This document shows, piece after piece, positions 14,642 through 28,587 of a stretch of 64,000 nt of DNA; the first letter of the stretch is position 1; the number at the start of each line of letters is the position of its first letter. The translations under genes and the position numbers were made by a program. This DNA comes from Lama guanicoe (Eukaryota), in NCBI GenBank assembly GCA_013239625.1, contig MU053994.1, positions 3,291,589 through 3,355,588 on the forward strand, written 5' to 3'. Below the pieces are notes generated by a model. That model did no database searches. It was given only the letters and a program-made list of their open reading frames with translations, and was not told the DNA's origin.

Positions 14642-16182
14642 CTAGAGGCAAAGGAGAAAATCCGATCAACATTCACAATTCTTGGCTAAAATTCAGAGCT
14701 TCATATTCATTATTTCACTAAGCAATGTTTTCCTCTGAAAAAGACAGGCTGACGATTTTAGTGGGATCTTCTTGTTAATAATCTCTTATTCATTCAATGA
14801 AATTTGTCAGGATATGAGTTCTATGCATATCTTTTAAAAAATCATCAGTATCTCAGCAATCAGCATTTTTTCCCTCTGATAGAAGTAACATTTAATGAGA
14901 TGAATACAGAGTAAAATGAAAGAATGCTTTCTGGCCAAGACGCGTCCGAAAGAATTTTCACAGAAATCTAAATCTTGGGAAAGGGCAAACCCAACTCCTT
15001 CTAGGAAGGAATGTTCTCACAAAAGGTTTATACTTGTTTTACTAGGGCTGTTCATTAACAGTATCAGTGCTGGCATCCTTCAGCAAGAGGTCAAGGATAT
15101 TAACTTTCTTCCTTTTGAATTCGCAAATCCACGAGTATGAGAAGACACTGAAAAGAATCTAAATATGTTTAAAAAACACCATAAATCTACATGATCCAAA
15201 ATTTAAACTTTGTGAAGAAAATTAGTTCCTTGGAGAAAAACCTCTGTAGTGTAGCAATCTAATTAAAATATTAGTTTCTACCTCAGATGAAACGTCTCAT
15301 TCAACAGTCTTCTTTGAAAAGTGAAGAGTTTAAAATGATCTTGGCTAGCTTGCCACTTCTAGGTCCTAACTTCTCTAAAATAGGTGGGGATTTTGGGGGG
15401 TTGGTTTTGGTTTTGTTCTTTTTTTCCTAGCGCTAGTGGAGAGTTCAAATACCATAAACATTCTTCAGATTATAATTAGACGTGTTTATACTGATGCAAG
15501 ATAAAGCTTTACGATTTGTAAATATTTGGGCCACATCATACATAAAAATTCCTAATGCTGATAGGCAAACAGACAGACATAAATAAGGAAGGCCTGAGGA
15601 TAGTGCTGTGAAGAGCGAGCAGGGACTATCTTCAAATGGTGGCATTAAGAAAGTAATAAATAGTATAAGTAGGCTAGTAAAATACTGCTCTGTTTAAAAC
15701 GTTATTTTAACATTTAGGAACTAGCAATATGTAGCTGGTTTACAAAAGTTTGCCCAAATCCCTGTAGAATACACATGGGCAGTCTCCATCCTCTGAATGG
15801 TTTCTATCTCTGAAGATTGTGAATTCTGAAGTTTGGAACTAGGGAATAGATTTTTCCATAGAAATAATGTTATATATATCGTGTAGGTTCCCAGACTAGT
15901 CTATAGAGATAAATGGAATACTATACATATGTGGTAAAAAAAAAAGAAAGAAAAAAACCCCAAAGTAAGGAACTATAATTAAAAAACCAGATTTAAAATA
16001 CTTAACACTTAAACATTAGACATAGTCATCACTTGATATGTCACAATAGTAATAATCAAATAAAGTAAAAAACCTACATGAATAAAAAGATCTTTAAAAC
16101 TCTGGAATGCTCTTTAAAAAAAAAGCAATTTTAATTTGAGGCCTTGCAAGTTGACAGTAATATCATTTATAATGCCTTTATA

Positions 16183-16930
16183 GAACCCTCCTATACTGTT
16201 GGTGGGAATGAAGTTTGGTGCAGCTACTGTGGAAAATAGTAAGGAGATTTCTCAAAAGACTAAAAATAGACTTACCATCTGACCCAAGAATCCCACTCCT
16301 GGGCATATATCCAGAAGGAATCCTACTTCAAAAAGACACCTGCACCCCTATGTTCATAGCAGCACTACTTACAATAGCCAAGACATGGAAACAGCCTAAA
16401 TGTCCATCAACAGATGACTAGATAAAGAAGTGGTGGTATATTTATACAATGGAATACTATTCAGCCATAAAAAGACAATATAATGCCATTTACAGCAACA
16501 TGGATGTCCCTGGAGAATGTCATTCTAAGTGAAATAAGCCAAAAAGAGAAAGAAAAATACCATATAATATCACTCATATGCAGAATCTAAAATAAAAAAA
16601 GAAGAAAGAAGACAAATGAACTTAAATATAAAATAGAAACAGACTCACAGACATAGAATACAGACTTGTGGTTGCCAGGGGGGAGAGGGGTGGGAAGGGA
16701 CAGACTGGTAGTTCAAGATTTGTAGATACTGACAGGTATATATAGAATAGATAAACAAGTTTGTACTGTGTGTACAGCACAGGGAAATATATTCAGTATT
16801 TTGTAGTAGCTTACAGTGAAAAAGAATATGAAAATGAATATATGTATATTCATGTATGACTGAAAAACTGCTGTACACCAGAAACTGACACATTGTAAAC
16901 TGACTATAGCTCAATAAAATGAAAAAAATA
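16183..16930 (+). mobile_element. 5'-truncated L1 (ORF2 end and 3'UTR)
   Basis: Peptide [36 protein letters not shown] with a premature stop; TSD tataatgc(c/t)tttata at 16168-16182 and 16931-16945. Confidence 0.93.
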
Positions 16931-16984
16931 TATAATGCTTTTATAATGCCTGATTTCAGCACAAAAAAGTTTTGCCTTTTTCTT

Positions 16985-17204
16985 TCTTTTTTTTTCTCTG
17001 TTTTAAATTTTTTTTATAGTTTTTTTTAATTGCAGTACAGTCAGTTACAATGTGTCAATTTCTGGTGTACAACACATTGTTCCAGTCATGCATATATATA
17101 TGTTTCATATTCGTTTTTATATTCTTTTTCATTAAAGGTTATTACAAGATATTGAACATAGTTCTATACAGAAGAAACTTTTTTAAAATCTATTTTTACA
17201 TATA
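16985..17204 (-). mobile_element. Short L1 3'UTR insertion
   Basis: T-tract followed by reverse-complement L1 3'UTR; TSD gcctttttctt at 16974-16984 and 17205-17215. Confidence 0.85.
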
Positions 17205-17429
17205 GCCTTTTTCTTGATCAAGGAATATTACTAACACTACTTTCAAAGATTTCAACTATGATTAGGGTTAGTTTGTACTTACACATTTAATAAATGCATA
17301 TTAGTTTTTACTCACAAAGCAACAAAAATTCCACACCTCCCAGAATTGCTCTCAGTCTATCACTGGAGGCTTTTTATTTCTGTCTCATTCTGACGATGCC
17401 AAGTACGGTTCTCTAGGTCTTATATCAGT

Positions 17430-17610
17430 GTGATTTCTTGAGGACTTGTAGCAGAATCAGCTGGAGTGGTTATTAAACGTACATATTTCTAAGCCCTACT
17501 GCAGATCTACTGAATCAGAATTTGAAAAGGGGGTCCAGAAATCTGTGCTTTAATAAATTCCTTAGATATCTGTAAATCTCATGCCCAGCGCTAACTTTTG
17601 AGAGTAGTTA
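17430..17610. mobile_element. MER5-like hAT DNA transposon
   Basis: agcagaatcagctggag...ctactgaatcagaa...aatctgtgctttaataa; approximate. Confidence 0.6.
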
Positions 17611-19726
17611 AAAAGTACTAATAATAACTAATAATTGTCATTTTTATTGAGCACTTACTAGATGCTAGTTACTAGTCAAAATTCTTCATATATATATTCT
17701 CTCTAATCTCAAACAGTCTTATAAGGTTGTTACCCCCGCTACTCCCATTTTACAGATGAGGCAACTGAGGCACAGAACAGTAAAGCAAGAATCATCATTC
17801 TAGCCTTACAACTTCACAGGTGGCAGGCAGATATCATCCTGATCCAATTCACCACACATTCATCCAAAGTGGATGAGGGAGAGGTGAGATGCTTAATATC
17901 AAACACAGATATAATAGGAAGGAATTAAATGAAAGGACCATCCTCTAGAGGTTGGGGCACTGGCCTCTGCACCCTAGCTCCCAGGAAAGCACAGTCAAGG
18001 CAGGTATTGGATGGAATGGATGGTGTCTATGTGGCTAAGAATAGATGGTGAATTTCAACTTCCTGCTCATTAACTAAAAGGCACATAAGAACTGAGGTAG
18101 GGACAGGAAAGGGGCTCACTTTGTCACCATCAGTGGAAAGAAGTGACCCCTTGTTGATCCACCCATCCACCTATCCATACAATATTTACTGAGGTCCTAC
18201 TGTGTACCAGACAGTGGTGTTCTATTTGCTGGGGTTATGGAGAGGAAAAAGGTGAAAGTTCTGGTCCTCAAAGAACTCACAAATTCCAAAGACTGGGAAT
18301 AACCAAAGGTCCAGAAACATATGCCAGCTTAATCTCTTTGAGGACCTGAGATACCATGGTCCCCAGCAACATCAACTGGAAAGGATCTCACTGAGCAGTC
18401 CCGAGGTGGGGACCATCTGGATGTGTGTGCATGACATGCCAATCTTCATTTCCCCCTGGCCATTGCTGTGACTTTGTTTGCCTTAGGGATGGATTCAAAA
18501 TGTTTTAGGTATATCCATAACAAATACAAACTATTTGAGAAACATGGCAAAGCAGGTAAATAAAAAGTCATCAACGGAGAAAAGTTTGAATGCAATGTGA
18601 TGTTAAAGTGCTCTACAACAGTATAGAGAAGTATGCAGCTCTTCAACTTCTCAGTCTTATTGGTCATCTTCATATTGTATGCTGCCTATGAGATGATATT
18701 TAGGACTCAAAGATCAAATTCAGGTGGAGTCTCACCAAGGTCTGGGAGCAAGTGAGAGGTGGTTGGGTTTTGAGAACAAAGGAAGGCTGCAGGTTCTCTT
18801 TATCACTCTTTAACACTGCCCCCTCTCAGTTCCATCGTATACAAAGGATATTTAGAATGATGTGATTTCTTGCCTTCTCCTGCTGTCTTGGACGTTCAGC
18901 TAAAGCCCAGAGCTAAGGCCAATAGGAAGTAAGTGGCACCAAGTCTGCAAGGAAGCTGCCAGAACATCCTTCCAGGGTTTGCTGAAAGGTGGCTAAAATG
19001 GCCTTTCCACATTCACCCCAGCACCTCATTTTAGCCTGTAGAGGCAGATGCTTGGAACCTGTAGAAGTTACAGGACTGAGGAGAGCCAGCATTTGATTTT
19101 CCCTTCTCCTTGCTGGGGAGGAAAGGGGAGGGAGTTGCCTCCTCCCTCATGCAAAGTGAAGGATGGTATGTGTTCCAAAAGAACCACGTACGCAAATTGG
19201 AGGCGCAGCAAGGAGAGTTCACTGTCTCATGCTCTGCAGGGATGCTCGCTGAGTTACAGCAACTTACAAGGCCCATCTTGGCGTACCCGGAAGAGCACTG
19301 CGAAAGAGTCAGTCCTCGGGGCAGCCTGATGTGTGGTGTTTGGGGTCCCAAGTGAAAAGAGCCTCTTTCTTGGCTGCAGGCTGCCTGGGGCAGCCTTTGA
19401 TGGCAGGGTGAGAGGCCAATGGCATGGCAGCCCACATCTGCAGTGTATGCTGCAACAAGAATGTATTTCCTGTGAATCAAGGAGCTGCCTCAGAATGTAA
19501 TCTGGCTGGAGCCATCTTGATGGAACCCTGCCCAAGAGGGCTGTCTGTACTGAGCAATGGGACTCAGAAATGACTGTGGGGTGACACCTGGAGGCAGGAG
19601 CCAAGAGGGAGCTGCTGAAGCCAGTTGCCGGGTACACTAACGATGCAGAAGTGACCCTGGACAGAGACGACATCTGGAAGCCTGTCACTCTCAGGGCATT
19701 AACAGCCAAGGGCACTGGCTACCTGA

Positions 19727-19892
19727 GGGGTATGATTACTGAACATGTTTTTTCTCTTTTCCATGCCCCGAACTCAAGTTCTTTGACATTCAGTAACAGC
19801 ACTTAGCATGGGGTATGATTACTGAACATGTTTTTTCTCTTTTCCATGCCCCGAACTCAAGTTCTTTGACATTCAGTAACAGCACTTAGCAT
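19727..19892. repeat. Perfect 83-bp tandem duplication (2 copies)
   Basis: 19727-19809 is identical to 19810-19892. Confidence 0.95.
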
Positions 19893-20539
19893 GTAGCTGA
19901 GTACCTAAGTAGATGTTTAATAAATGTTTCTTCAAAAGATAAATGAGTATTTAACTGGAGCATAGGAACTGTAAATAGTTTTTTTTAAAAAAAACTGAGT
20001 GATATAAAAATAGAGTAGGAATACTTATTTTAGCTTGTTTCTTTAGGATCCAGCTATCATTTCTGTCCTGCTTGTGTGGTTAAAAACCTTCCCTCAAAAT
20101 TAAGAAATACATGTTGACCACATTTAATTCTCTTTTTAAAACTACGTTTCAAGTCTGACTTCTTCTTATTTTCAAGGCAGGAGAGCTCTTCAAGATAAAC
20201 ATGATTCAGCTCCTCCATTTTAAGAAGGGGAGAGCTGACGTCCGGTGAGGTGAAGTCACGCGCTCAGGGTCAGGCAGCCAGAGCAGCAGGGACTAGACTG
20301 GCCTCCTGCTGCCCCTTGTCTCATACCAGACTTCCTTGGCTTGTGTCAGAATTCAGTAACACACAATCTCATGCCAGGGAGATACCTTCAGCAAATATTT
20401 GGGTAAAGAGCTGTAGAAAATGCCATTTATAGGCTGTAGGAAAAAAAAAGTAACTAAAGATAATTTAAAAGATATTAGGCAATCAACTACACGCCTTGCC
20501 CTGTTAAAGAATGTTACAATCCCCATCCTTTCCTGGCTG

Positions 20540-20730
20540 GATGATAAACATTTCAGGCTTTGTGTGCCACAAGGACTCCGCACAACCACTCAACCCTGCT
20601 GCGGATGTGAAGGCAGCCATTGATAGTCCATAAATGAATGGGCATGGCTGTGTTCCAATAAAACTTTATTTACAAAAATAGGTGGCTGGCTGAATCTGGC
20701 CTGACAGCTGGAGTTGCCAACACTTGCTCT
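20540..20730. mobile_element. MER58A-like DNA transposon
   Basis: gggcatggctgtgttccaataaaactttatttacaaaaatagg. Confidence 0.75.
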
Positions 20731-23700
20731 AGAAGCTGAAACTCAAGGTGGTTTGAAATGATAAAATATATCTCGTTTGCTATTTGCTTTCCTGCCACCT
20801 GAAGATTTCAAGTGTATTTGTAAAGCTGAGGTGTACAAAGTGAGACAGAGGGCGAGAAGAATGTTAATAAATTACCCCCAGAGAGAAAACAAGAACAAAT
20901 CTATTACTGTTCGTTTTTTTTTTCCTAAGGAAATTATAGTTACGCAAGTTCAGCACTTTTTCTCACACACACAACCCCCCACAAGGCAAAACGAGGAAAT
21001 GTGAGCAGCTGTCTCACTCACAGACAGGCACGCTCACTGCCAGTCTCTGGCGCTGGGTTAGATAATGACCCCACACAGCTACACGGACACGCTTCATCTT
21101 TCTGTCTTAAGGAGGATAAAAGCACAGTTCTGTTAAGAGGCCACATTCTATATTTGAGATGGGTTGTTTTAAGCAAAGCAGAATAAAAGTTGGTGGTAAT
21201 ATTGAATTCAACTAGTCTGAGACTGTACTTTCAAACATAAAGACGATGGAATCTGTTAATGTGTCGTTTCTTATTTACATTTAAAACACTAAATCAAGTT
21301 TTTTTAAACCATACTCCATTATATTGCACTCTCTTCTGACTTCTAGTCCTCCTATAGAAGTCTTTGTCCAGCTCAGAGTTTATATGCAGCATTTAACAAT
21401 ATCAACCTTTAAAATGGAATGGTTGGCAGAGAACCTACTAGCACTGGGTTATGTGTCCCACTAACTTTCTTGCACAGAGAAAATCAAATCTAAGGACCAG
21501 AATGTACATTAGCTGAGAAAGATTGTAACTTTTGCAACTAGGCTATAGACACGAGACAAATAATGAGTGGGCTTGTTGTCGAGTTGCTCGGAACACGGAA
21601 CTAAATTAGCAACCACCATCCTACCATTTAAATATGCCAAAGATACCAAAGAAGCTCCCTGCTGGAAAAGAATTAAAGTTTCCAAGAATCAAATATTTAG
21701 CTGCAAAGTACGTAATGTAATGTATCTGTAAATAATAGGGACTGAAATGACTTGCCATGGGAACATAGATTATCTTACTAAGAACTAACTTTATAGTTTC
21801 TGTGAAGAAGCTGGGTTATTAGGAATAAAGTTCCAATGTCATATCTTCTCAGTGAACCCAGAAGGTCAGCCACCGATATCCTACAGTATTTTTAAAAATA
21901 CATTTGAAATCTGGAAAAATACGAAGGAAAGGTGATTTAATACTAAAATATAAGGAACTGATATTCAGCTACTGCACTGGAGCAGATTTTCTGGAGTAAA
22001 GATTAGAGAAAATCTTTTGAGATCTAAAAATCAATTTTTTCCTGCTCAAGTTTACATATAAACTCACTATCTTTAGGTTAAAAATATGAAAAGTCCTTTC
22101 AAAGATCTTTGGTGTCATTAAACATGACACAGTACAAACATGGAGAAGAGCAATATAACAGTGGTCCAAAGATTGTGTGATGGGAAACGTTAAGTGTGAA
22201 AGAAACAAGTCCCAAAATTTAAAATGGCATTTTCAAAGATGTAAGAAGGTGCAATTAAACTTTGGGAAGAACTTATATAATCTGTCCATCTTACAAATCT
22301 GAGAATGATTACGCATCATTGGGATTTTGATTTACACCGAAGGCATTATTCTTCTATGGGATTAAAAATTGCCTATTCTGTCAGCACTAAAATTTGTCTT
22401 CTCTAAAAATTTACATTCTATAAAACTTTAAAAAAATCAATTCAATTAAAAAAAATAATTAAAGAGAGCACTCAAAGATTAGTCACGCAGATAATCCTCC
22501 ATCTGCAGAGATAATGTACTTCATTCATTTGAAGAGTATGCTTTCATTATTTGTAACTTATCCTTCACAATTTGTACTGTGTGCTAACTTTCCCTCTAAA
22601 AGTTCAGAAAACATGTAAATAGCTAAACTGTATAAATCTTAAACTAAACTTGTTTCTTACCTAAAAAAAAAAAAGTATCAAATCCACAAATTTAGTGACG
22701 GTAATAAAGTAGCAGAAGTCCCAGCCTGGAATTTAGATTTTTCCCTAGAGAGAGGTTCTGGGCTGCTACCAATACTATGGCCCAGTTTTTGCTTGGTAAC
22801 TCAAGTTACAAAAAGGACATCAGATGGACTGTATACTCGGTGGCCAGTAAGAATGTTGCTGGAAGCCCTTGAGTTAGATGTCCCAGGAAAGCTTGAGTCG
22901 AATAGTATAGTAGTGAAATTTAGCTTAGATCATGTTCTAGAAAATCACGATGGGGTATATATCTTTACAAGTCTTAAGAAGGGGCCCAGATGGCCTAGTA
23001 ACATGCTTCTTTAACTAAATCCATTATGAAGGTTTTCTTCTGATGGCAAACAGGAAATTGAAAAATAAGTGTATCTGGGCCATTTCAAGATTTCCTGAAA
23101 GGTTTGCAAATATGTTGGATCCTGACAGCAAAAGTATCCCTAAGAAGGCTCTGGTTTGGTTTAGGTTTGATTTGTCTGTATACAGAGCTGCTTTTGTTTC
23201 AGTCTCATTAGAACATCACTCTTACAGGGATTTATTTTTGAATCCAAGAAATTTAGACTTGCTTGACCTCCTAGTTCAATCTAAAAAGCCTGTCGGTGGC
23301 CTAACAATATAGGCCACTGTGGTTGATTTCTGGTCAGTTGGCAGCTCTTTCTGAGAAACTCAAACGCTGGCCTCACATGACCTAACTTGACTGTTCTCTA
23401 GGCCTTTTTCGGTTGGCAAATGACTCTAAAATTAAGCCTTGTAAGAAACAAATCATGTCTATTCTTGAGTAAGCAAGAAGAAAGCATGAGGAAAAACAAC
23501 CAGTCAGATGGTACAGGCAGGCTGTATTCTGCTTTTAATTAAACCTTCTGAAATAGGGCACTTTTTAATACTAGATCCAAGAGTTTGCTCAAACGTGAGA
23601 CCTTTCACTATGATATGAGTTTCTTTTCCATAAAACTCCACTAAAAACATTTTTAAAAGTGTTAAAACCGCATTTTCTAATGTGCTCTTCTGAAGCAGCT

Positions 23701-24514
23701 ATGGTAATAATTAAATGATCTTTACATTAAATGAATATCCTATTATTAATCTGCTGCTTTAAACCATTTTTTATTAGGAGTGTCATATAATCGTCTATTT
23801 AATTACTGAGGCAATACACTAAATTTTGACTTATGATGTGACTGATTTTGTATAGGTAAACACCAAAGATGTGTACAAGTGGTGGCAGCAAAAACGAATT
23901 TCTATTGTGGAAAGGTAAAAAAGAACAAAGCAAAGACACTGACAGAAGTGCTTTTATGAGATAATGTTTGAAGGACCACAGAGAGAAGAAAGCGGCTATG
24001 TTCTTGGATTGTGAGTGTTGCAAGCCAGCCCATCGAATATTCTTCAGCTGAGCGTATCACATTCCTTCCTGGGGGAAACCTCCCCCCCTTTCCTTGAGAA
24101 TAGCATGAAGAAGAATCAGTGCTTGTTGCACTTGGAAGGCTTTTAGAACATTCCTTTGCCTTCTGGTGAAGTTGGCCATGGTGCTATAAAAAGAGAAGGG
24201 CACGCAGTGGGAAACACTGATACTGGGGACAAGCTGATTCTTGATATTTTAGAGTAAATTCCAGCCCCTGTTTTCAGAAGTAATTCATCTGAACAAATAA
24301 GGGAATGTGAGGGACTCCTGTAGTTAATCATACTTTCAGTGACAGTCACATATTCTTTTCACAAAGATGTACGCTGCAGGACCTAACTTGGAGACAGGAT
24401 GGAGCAACTGGGGACTGAACTAAGGGGATGGAACTAAGGCTGAATTCCCTACTACTAGACAGCTGCATTTGGAGAATTTAGCTTTTCCTAGTATATAACT
24501 GTCCACAAATAATT

Positions 24515-24925
24515 GATACTGGATGAATGGATAAGCAAAATGTGGTATATATATAACATAAACTATTTTCCGGTCTTTGAAAGGAAGGAAATTCTGACAC
24601 ATACTACAACATGGCTGAACCTTGAGGACATTACATTAGGTGAAACAAGCTAGTCACAAAAGAACAAATACAGTATGAGTCTACTTATATGAAGTGCCTA
24701 CAGTAGTCAAATTCATTGAGACAGAAAGTAGAATGGTGGCTGCCAGGGGCTAGGGAGAGGGGAAAATGGTAAGTGGCTGTTTAATGGGTACAGAGTTTCA
24801 GTGGGAGAAGCTGGAAAAAGTTCTGGATCTCTGGATAGTGGTGAATATACTTAATTCTACCAAATAGTGCACTTAAAAATGCTTCAAGTGGTAAATTTTA
24901 TGTTATGTATACTTTACCACAGTAA
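24515..24925 (+). mobile_element. Old L1M (MA/MB-like) 3' end
   Basis: gatgaatggataagcaaaatgtggtatata...gagacagaaagtagaatggtggctgccagggg. Confidence 0.8.
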
Positions 24926-25554
24926 AGAGACCAAAAATTGACATTATGTCACATAAAATCTGCCAAAAAGCTGTGAAGTTTGGGAAATGGCCATGTATTT
25001 GAATACAGAAAAAAATGAACTAAAAGAATAAACTAAAACATGATACTCTGAGAAGGCGCCCCCTCCCTTATTGAAAAATACATAAAATTATGTAATTCAT
25101 AATGTTTTTAAAAAAGACAATGTGGACTACTTTCCCAAGTCACAACTACACACTGGTTAATAAAACAGTTCTTGGGAGAGAAAAACAAATTCAGCATTTT
25201 AAAGTCAAGAAATGGTACATTCTTAGCCATAAAGCTAAATGTTGAGATGCGGAAATCCGAGTCATGACCCAGCGAAACCTACTGGGATGATCTCTTCGGT
25301 GGGCTTTGGGCACTGCAGAGGGTGGGCGGCTTGGCTTTGCTGGATTGGTGTTAGGACACAGGGACAATGCCAGGAGACACTAGAAAGTGCTGTCACAGTA
25401 GGAACAATGGATTACAAATGACATTTTGGGACCTGTAGTACACTATAGTCCTTACACGTGGAAGGACCTTCCAATAGTGCTTTACCTTAAAACATGTCAA
25501 AAGGGTAACATAGATTTTTTTTAAAATAAAGAGATATATTCTCATTTTTTTCAT

Positions 25555-26670
25555 TTTTAAAAGCTTTACTGAGGTATCATTTAAAAACTGCACAATTTGC
25601 CCATTGTAAGTGTACAGTTGGATGACTTTCGGTAAATTCATACAGCTGTACAACCATCATCTCAATCCAGTTTTAGACCATTTCCTTTATCCTCAAATGC
25701 TCTCTTGTATTGTATCTTAGAATTCTTTGCCTAAACCAAGGTAGTGAAGATTTACTCCTGTATTTCCTTTTAAAAGTTTTAATCGTACAGCGGATCTGTA
25801 ATCCATCTTGAGGAAATTTCTGTGCATGGTTATGAGGTAAGGGTCTAAGTTTACCTCTTTGCATATGGAGATTTAATTGCTCCAGCACCACGTTTAAAAA
25901 AAAGCACTATCCTTTCCCCATTGAATGGATCGCCCTTGTACCTTTGCTGAAAAGCAAATGGCAATGAATGTGAGGGTTTATTTCTGAACTCTGTCCTGTT
26001 CTGTTCCACTCATTCTTGTATCTATCCTTACACCAATACTAGATATTTTCATTACAACAAGCTTTGAAATCAGTTTTCCAGCTTTGTTCTTTTTACAAAA
26101 TTGTTTTGGTATCTGCATATAAATTTTAGGATCAGCTTGTCAACTTCTATTAAAAAATTCTGCTGGGATGTTGATTAAGGATTGTACTGAATCTAAATAA
26201 TCAATATGGAGAAAACTGTTATCTTAACAATACTGAGTCCTCCAATCCAACAAAATCTCTCCATTTTTTTTAGATCTTCTTTACTTTCTTTCATTAACAG
26301 CTGTAATTTTCAGTGCATGAGTCCTATACTTTTTTGATTAAATTATTTTATTCTTTTCGATGGTACTGTGAATATTTAAAAATTTTATTTTTACATTATT
26401 CGTTGTTTGTATATAATAGTACAGTTAATTTTTGTATGTTGATCTTGTATCCTGCAATCTTGCTAAACTTGCCTATTAGTTCTAGTAGATTTTTTGTTGA
26501 TTCCTTAGGGTTTTCTACATACGAGAATATATCTTTGTGAGAAGAAAGTTTTACTTCTTCTTTTCTAGTCTGCATGTCCAGAATTTCTTTTTCTTGCTTT
26601 GTTGCAACTGGCCAGAACTTCCAAAACAATGCTGAATGGAAGTGGTGAGAGTGGACAATCCTTGCTTTGT
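25555..26670 (-). mobile_element. Old L1 ORF2/3' fragments
   Basis: Degenerate RT-region peptide [31 protein letters not shown] (ORF 26396..26629). Confidence 0.85.
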
Positions 26671-28156
26671 TTCTGGTTGTATTAGTTTTCTATTGCTGCT
26701 TAACAAATGACCATATTCTTAGTAGCTTTTTCTTAAGTTTACTGATATCTACATTAAAAATGAAGAAAAACTACTTTTCATATTTAGGACATAGAATATT
26801 TCTAGCTCTTTTTACTTCAGGAATCTTGTTTCATGTGATGCTTCTCTACTGACTCTAATACATATATATACAGAGTATAATACACTGATATGCAGATGGA
26901 AACAGTATGGCAGTTTTTGTCCATCCAATTAGAAACAGTGGAATGAGAGACTCCTATATCCAAAGCAAGCTTCAGTGCACTTTAATCTCCAGCTCCAGGA
27001 GGCAGGTAGCACAAGGGCCACCACCACTGCCCCACTACCCAGCTGGCTTCATACTTGCTGAAATTCACTCTTAGAGACTAGATGGGATCCTGAGAAGGTA
27101 TCAGTAGCTCAGCCTCTCAAAGTCCTCAAACAGGCTTTATTATTCCAGACATTTAAGTGCAAATCGACTGGACTGCAAATTCATGGGAAACTTAGCTTTG
27201 GCATTTCCTGACTCACCAGTCTGTTTAAACATCCAGACTTAACACTGTATCAACTTACTTCTCAGACTCCAAATTGCTTAAAAGCATCAAGTTTCCTTCT
27301 GATTTCTAAAAATAAGCTATTCCCAAATGTGATTACTAATTTAATATCATCTTAAAAAAAGCAAAATAGTAAATTAAGAGTTGTAGTTTTCCAGTGTTAA
27401 CTCCAGGTCAGATAGAAAAACTCTTTAACTCTCCCTAAAATGCAAAAAATGATAATAAATGTGTCAATAATATAAAATATGGAGGATTAAAGACATCAAC
27501 TAACTTTTAATGCAATACTTTAAAATATTCTATTATAAAACACTTATGAATTAATACAAAAACTGCTAAATTAAGTTGCTATTGCAGTTAGTTTTACTTT
27601 ATTAATCTAATCACCAATTATTTTTTAGGATTTCTCACAAAAATAATCTTAATTAAGAGGGGCATCACATTTATCATGGAAACCGCAGTCTGTAACAAAT
27701 GCTAACAGCTGCTCAGAGGTATGACAGATGGGTGACTTTAAAACTTAGTCATCAAAGTTTGGCAGAGAGAGATAAATGTGTAATTTAACAATGTTTTATA
27801 ACATTGTTGGTTTACAAAATAAACATTAATTCTGTAATAGGAACATTTCTACCAGAAATTAATAACACTGAGAATCACCACCAAGTAACATTTGCAAAAC
27901 ATTTTTATCTGGAAAATCTCTTGATTTTTCAGTCCATCAAAAACACTAACATCATCTAACCATCCAATGTATCACATACAAGTTCCAAGACTGATTCAAA
28001 ATATTATTAAAAGACATAATTACACTTTAATACCAGTTCTAAGAAAGTCTAATTTATGAATGATGGGGTAACATTTCCTTATTTTACATCTGATTTTTGT
28101 AATTCACATTCTTACTTGAAAAAAAATCAATTCAGGGCAAAATCAGTTTTCCATGC

Positions 28157-28587
28157 TGTACTGGGCTGAATATTGTCCCCTCAAAACTCGTGTGTACCCA
28201 GAACCTCAGAATGTGACCTTATTTGTAAATCATGTCTTTGTAGATATAATTAATTAAGATGAGGTCACAATGGATTAGAGTGGGCCCTAAATCCAATGAC
28301 TGGTGTCCTTACAAGAAGGCCATGTGAAGACATAGAATCACGCACATACAGAAGAAAAGGCCACGTGAAGATGGAGTCAGAGCCTGGAGTGATGCAGCTA
28401 CAAACCAAGGAATGCCAAGGTGTAGGCAACTAACTACAAGAGGCAAGGAGAGATTCTTCCTGGAGACTTGGAGGGAGCATGCCTCTGCTGACACCTTGAT
28501 TTAAGACTTCTAGCCTCCAGAACTGTGAGAGAATAATTTGTCATCTTAAGCTACCCAGTTTGTGTCAGCCTTAGCAAACTAATACAC
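28157..28587 (+). mobile_element. MaLR solo LTR (MLT1-like)
   Basis: tgtactgggctgaatattgtcccc...gaacctcagaatgtgacctt...aaactaataca, with TG...CA ends. Confidence 0.85.

Noticed and set aside
19031..19715. Overlapping 81-153 aa ORFs as a standalone gene
   Set aside because: Mostly non-ATG starts and no recognisable domain; explained by higher local GC content
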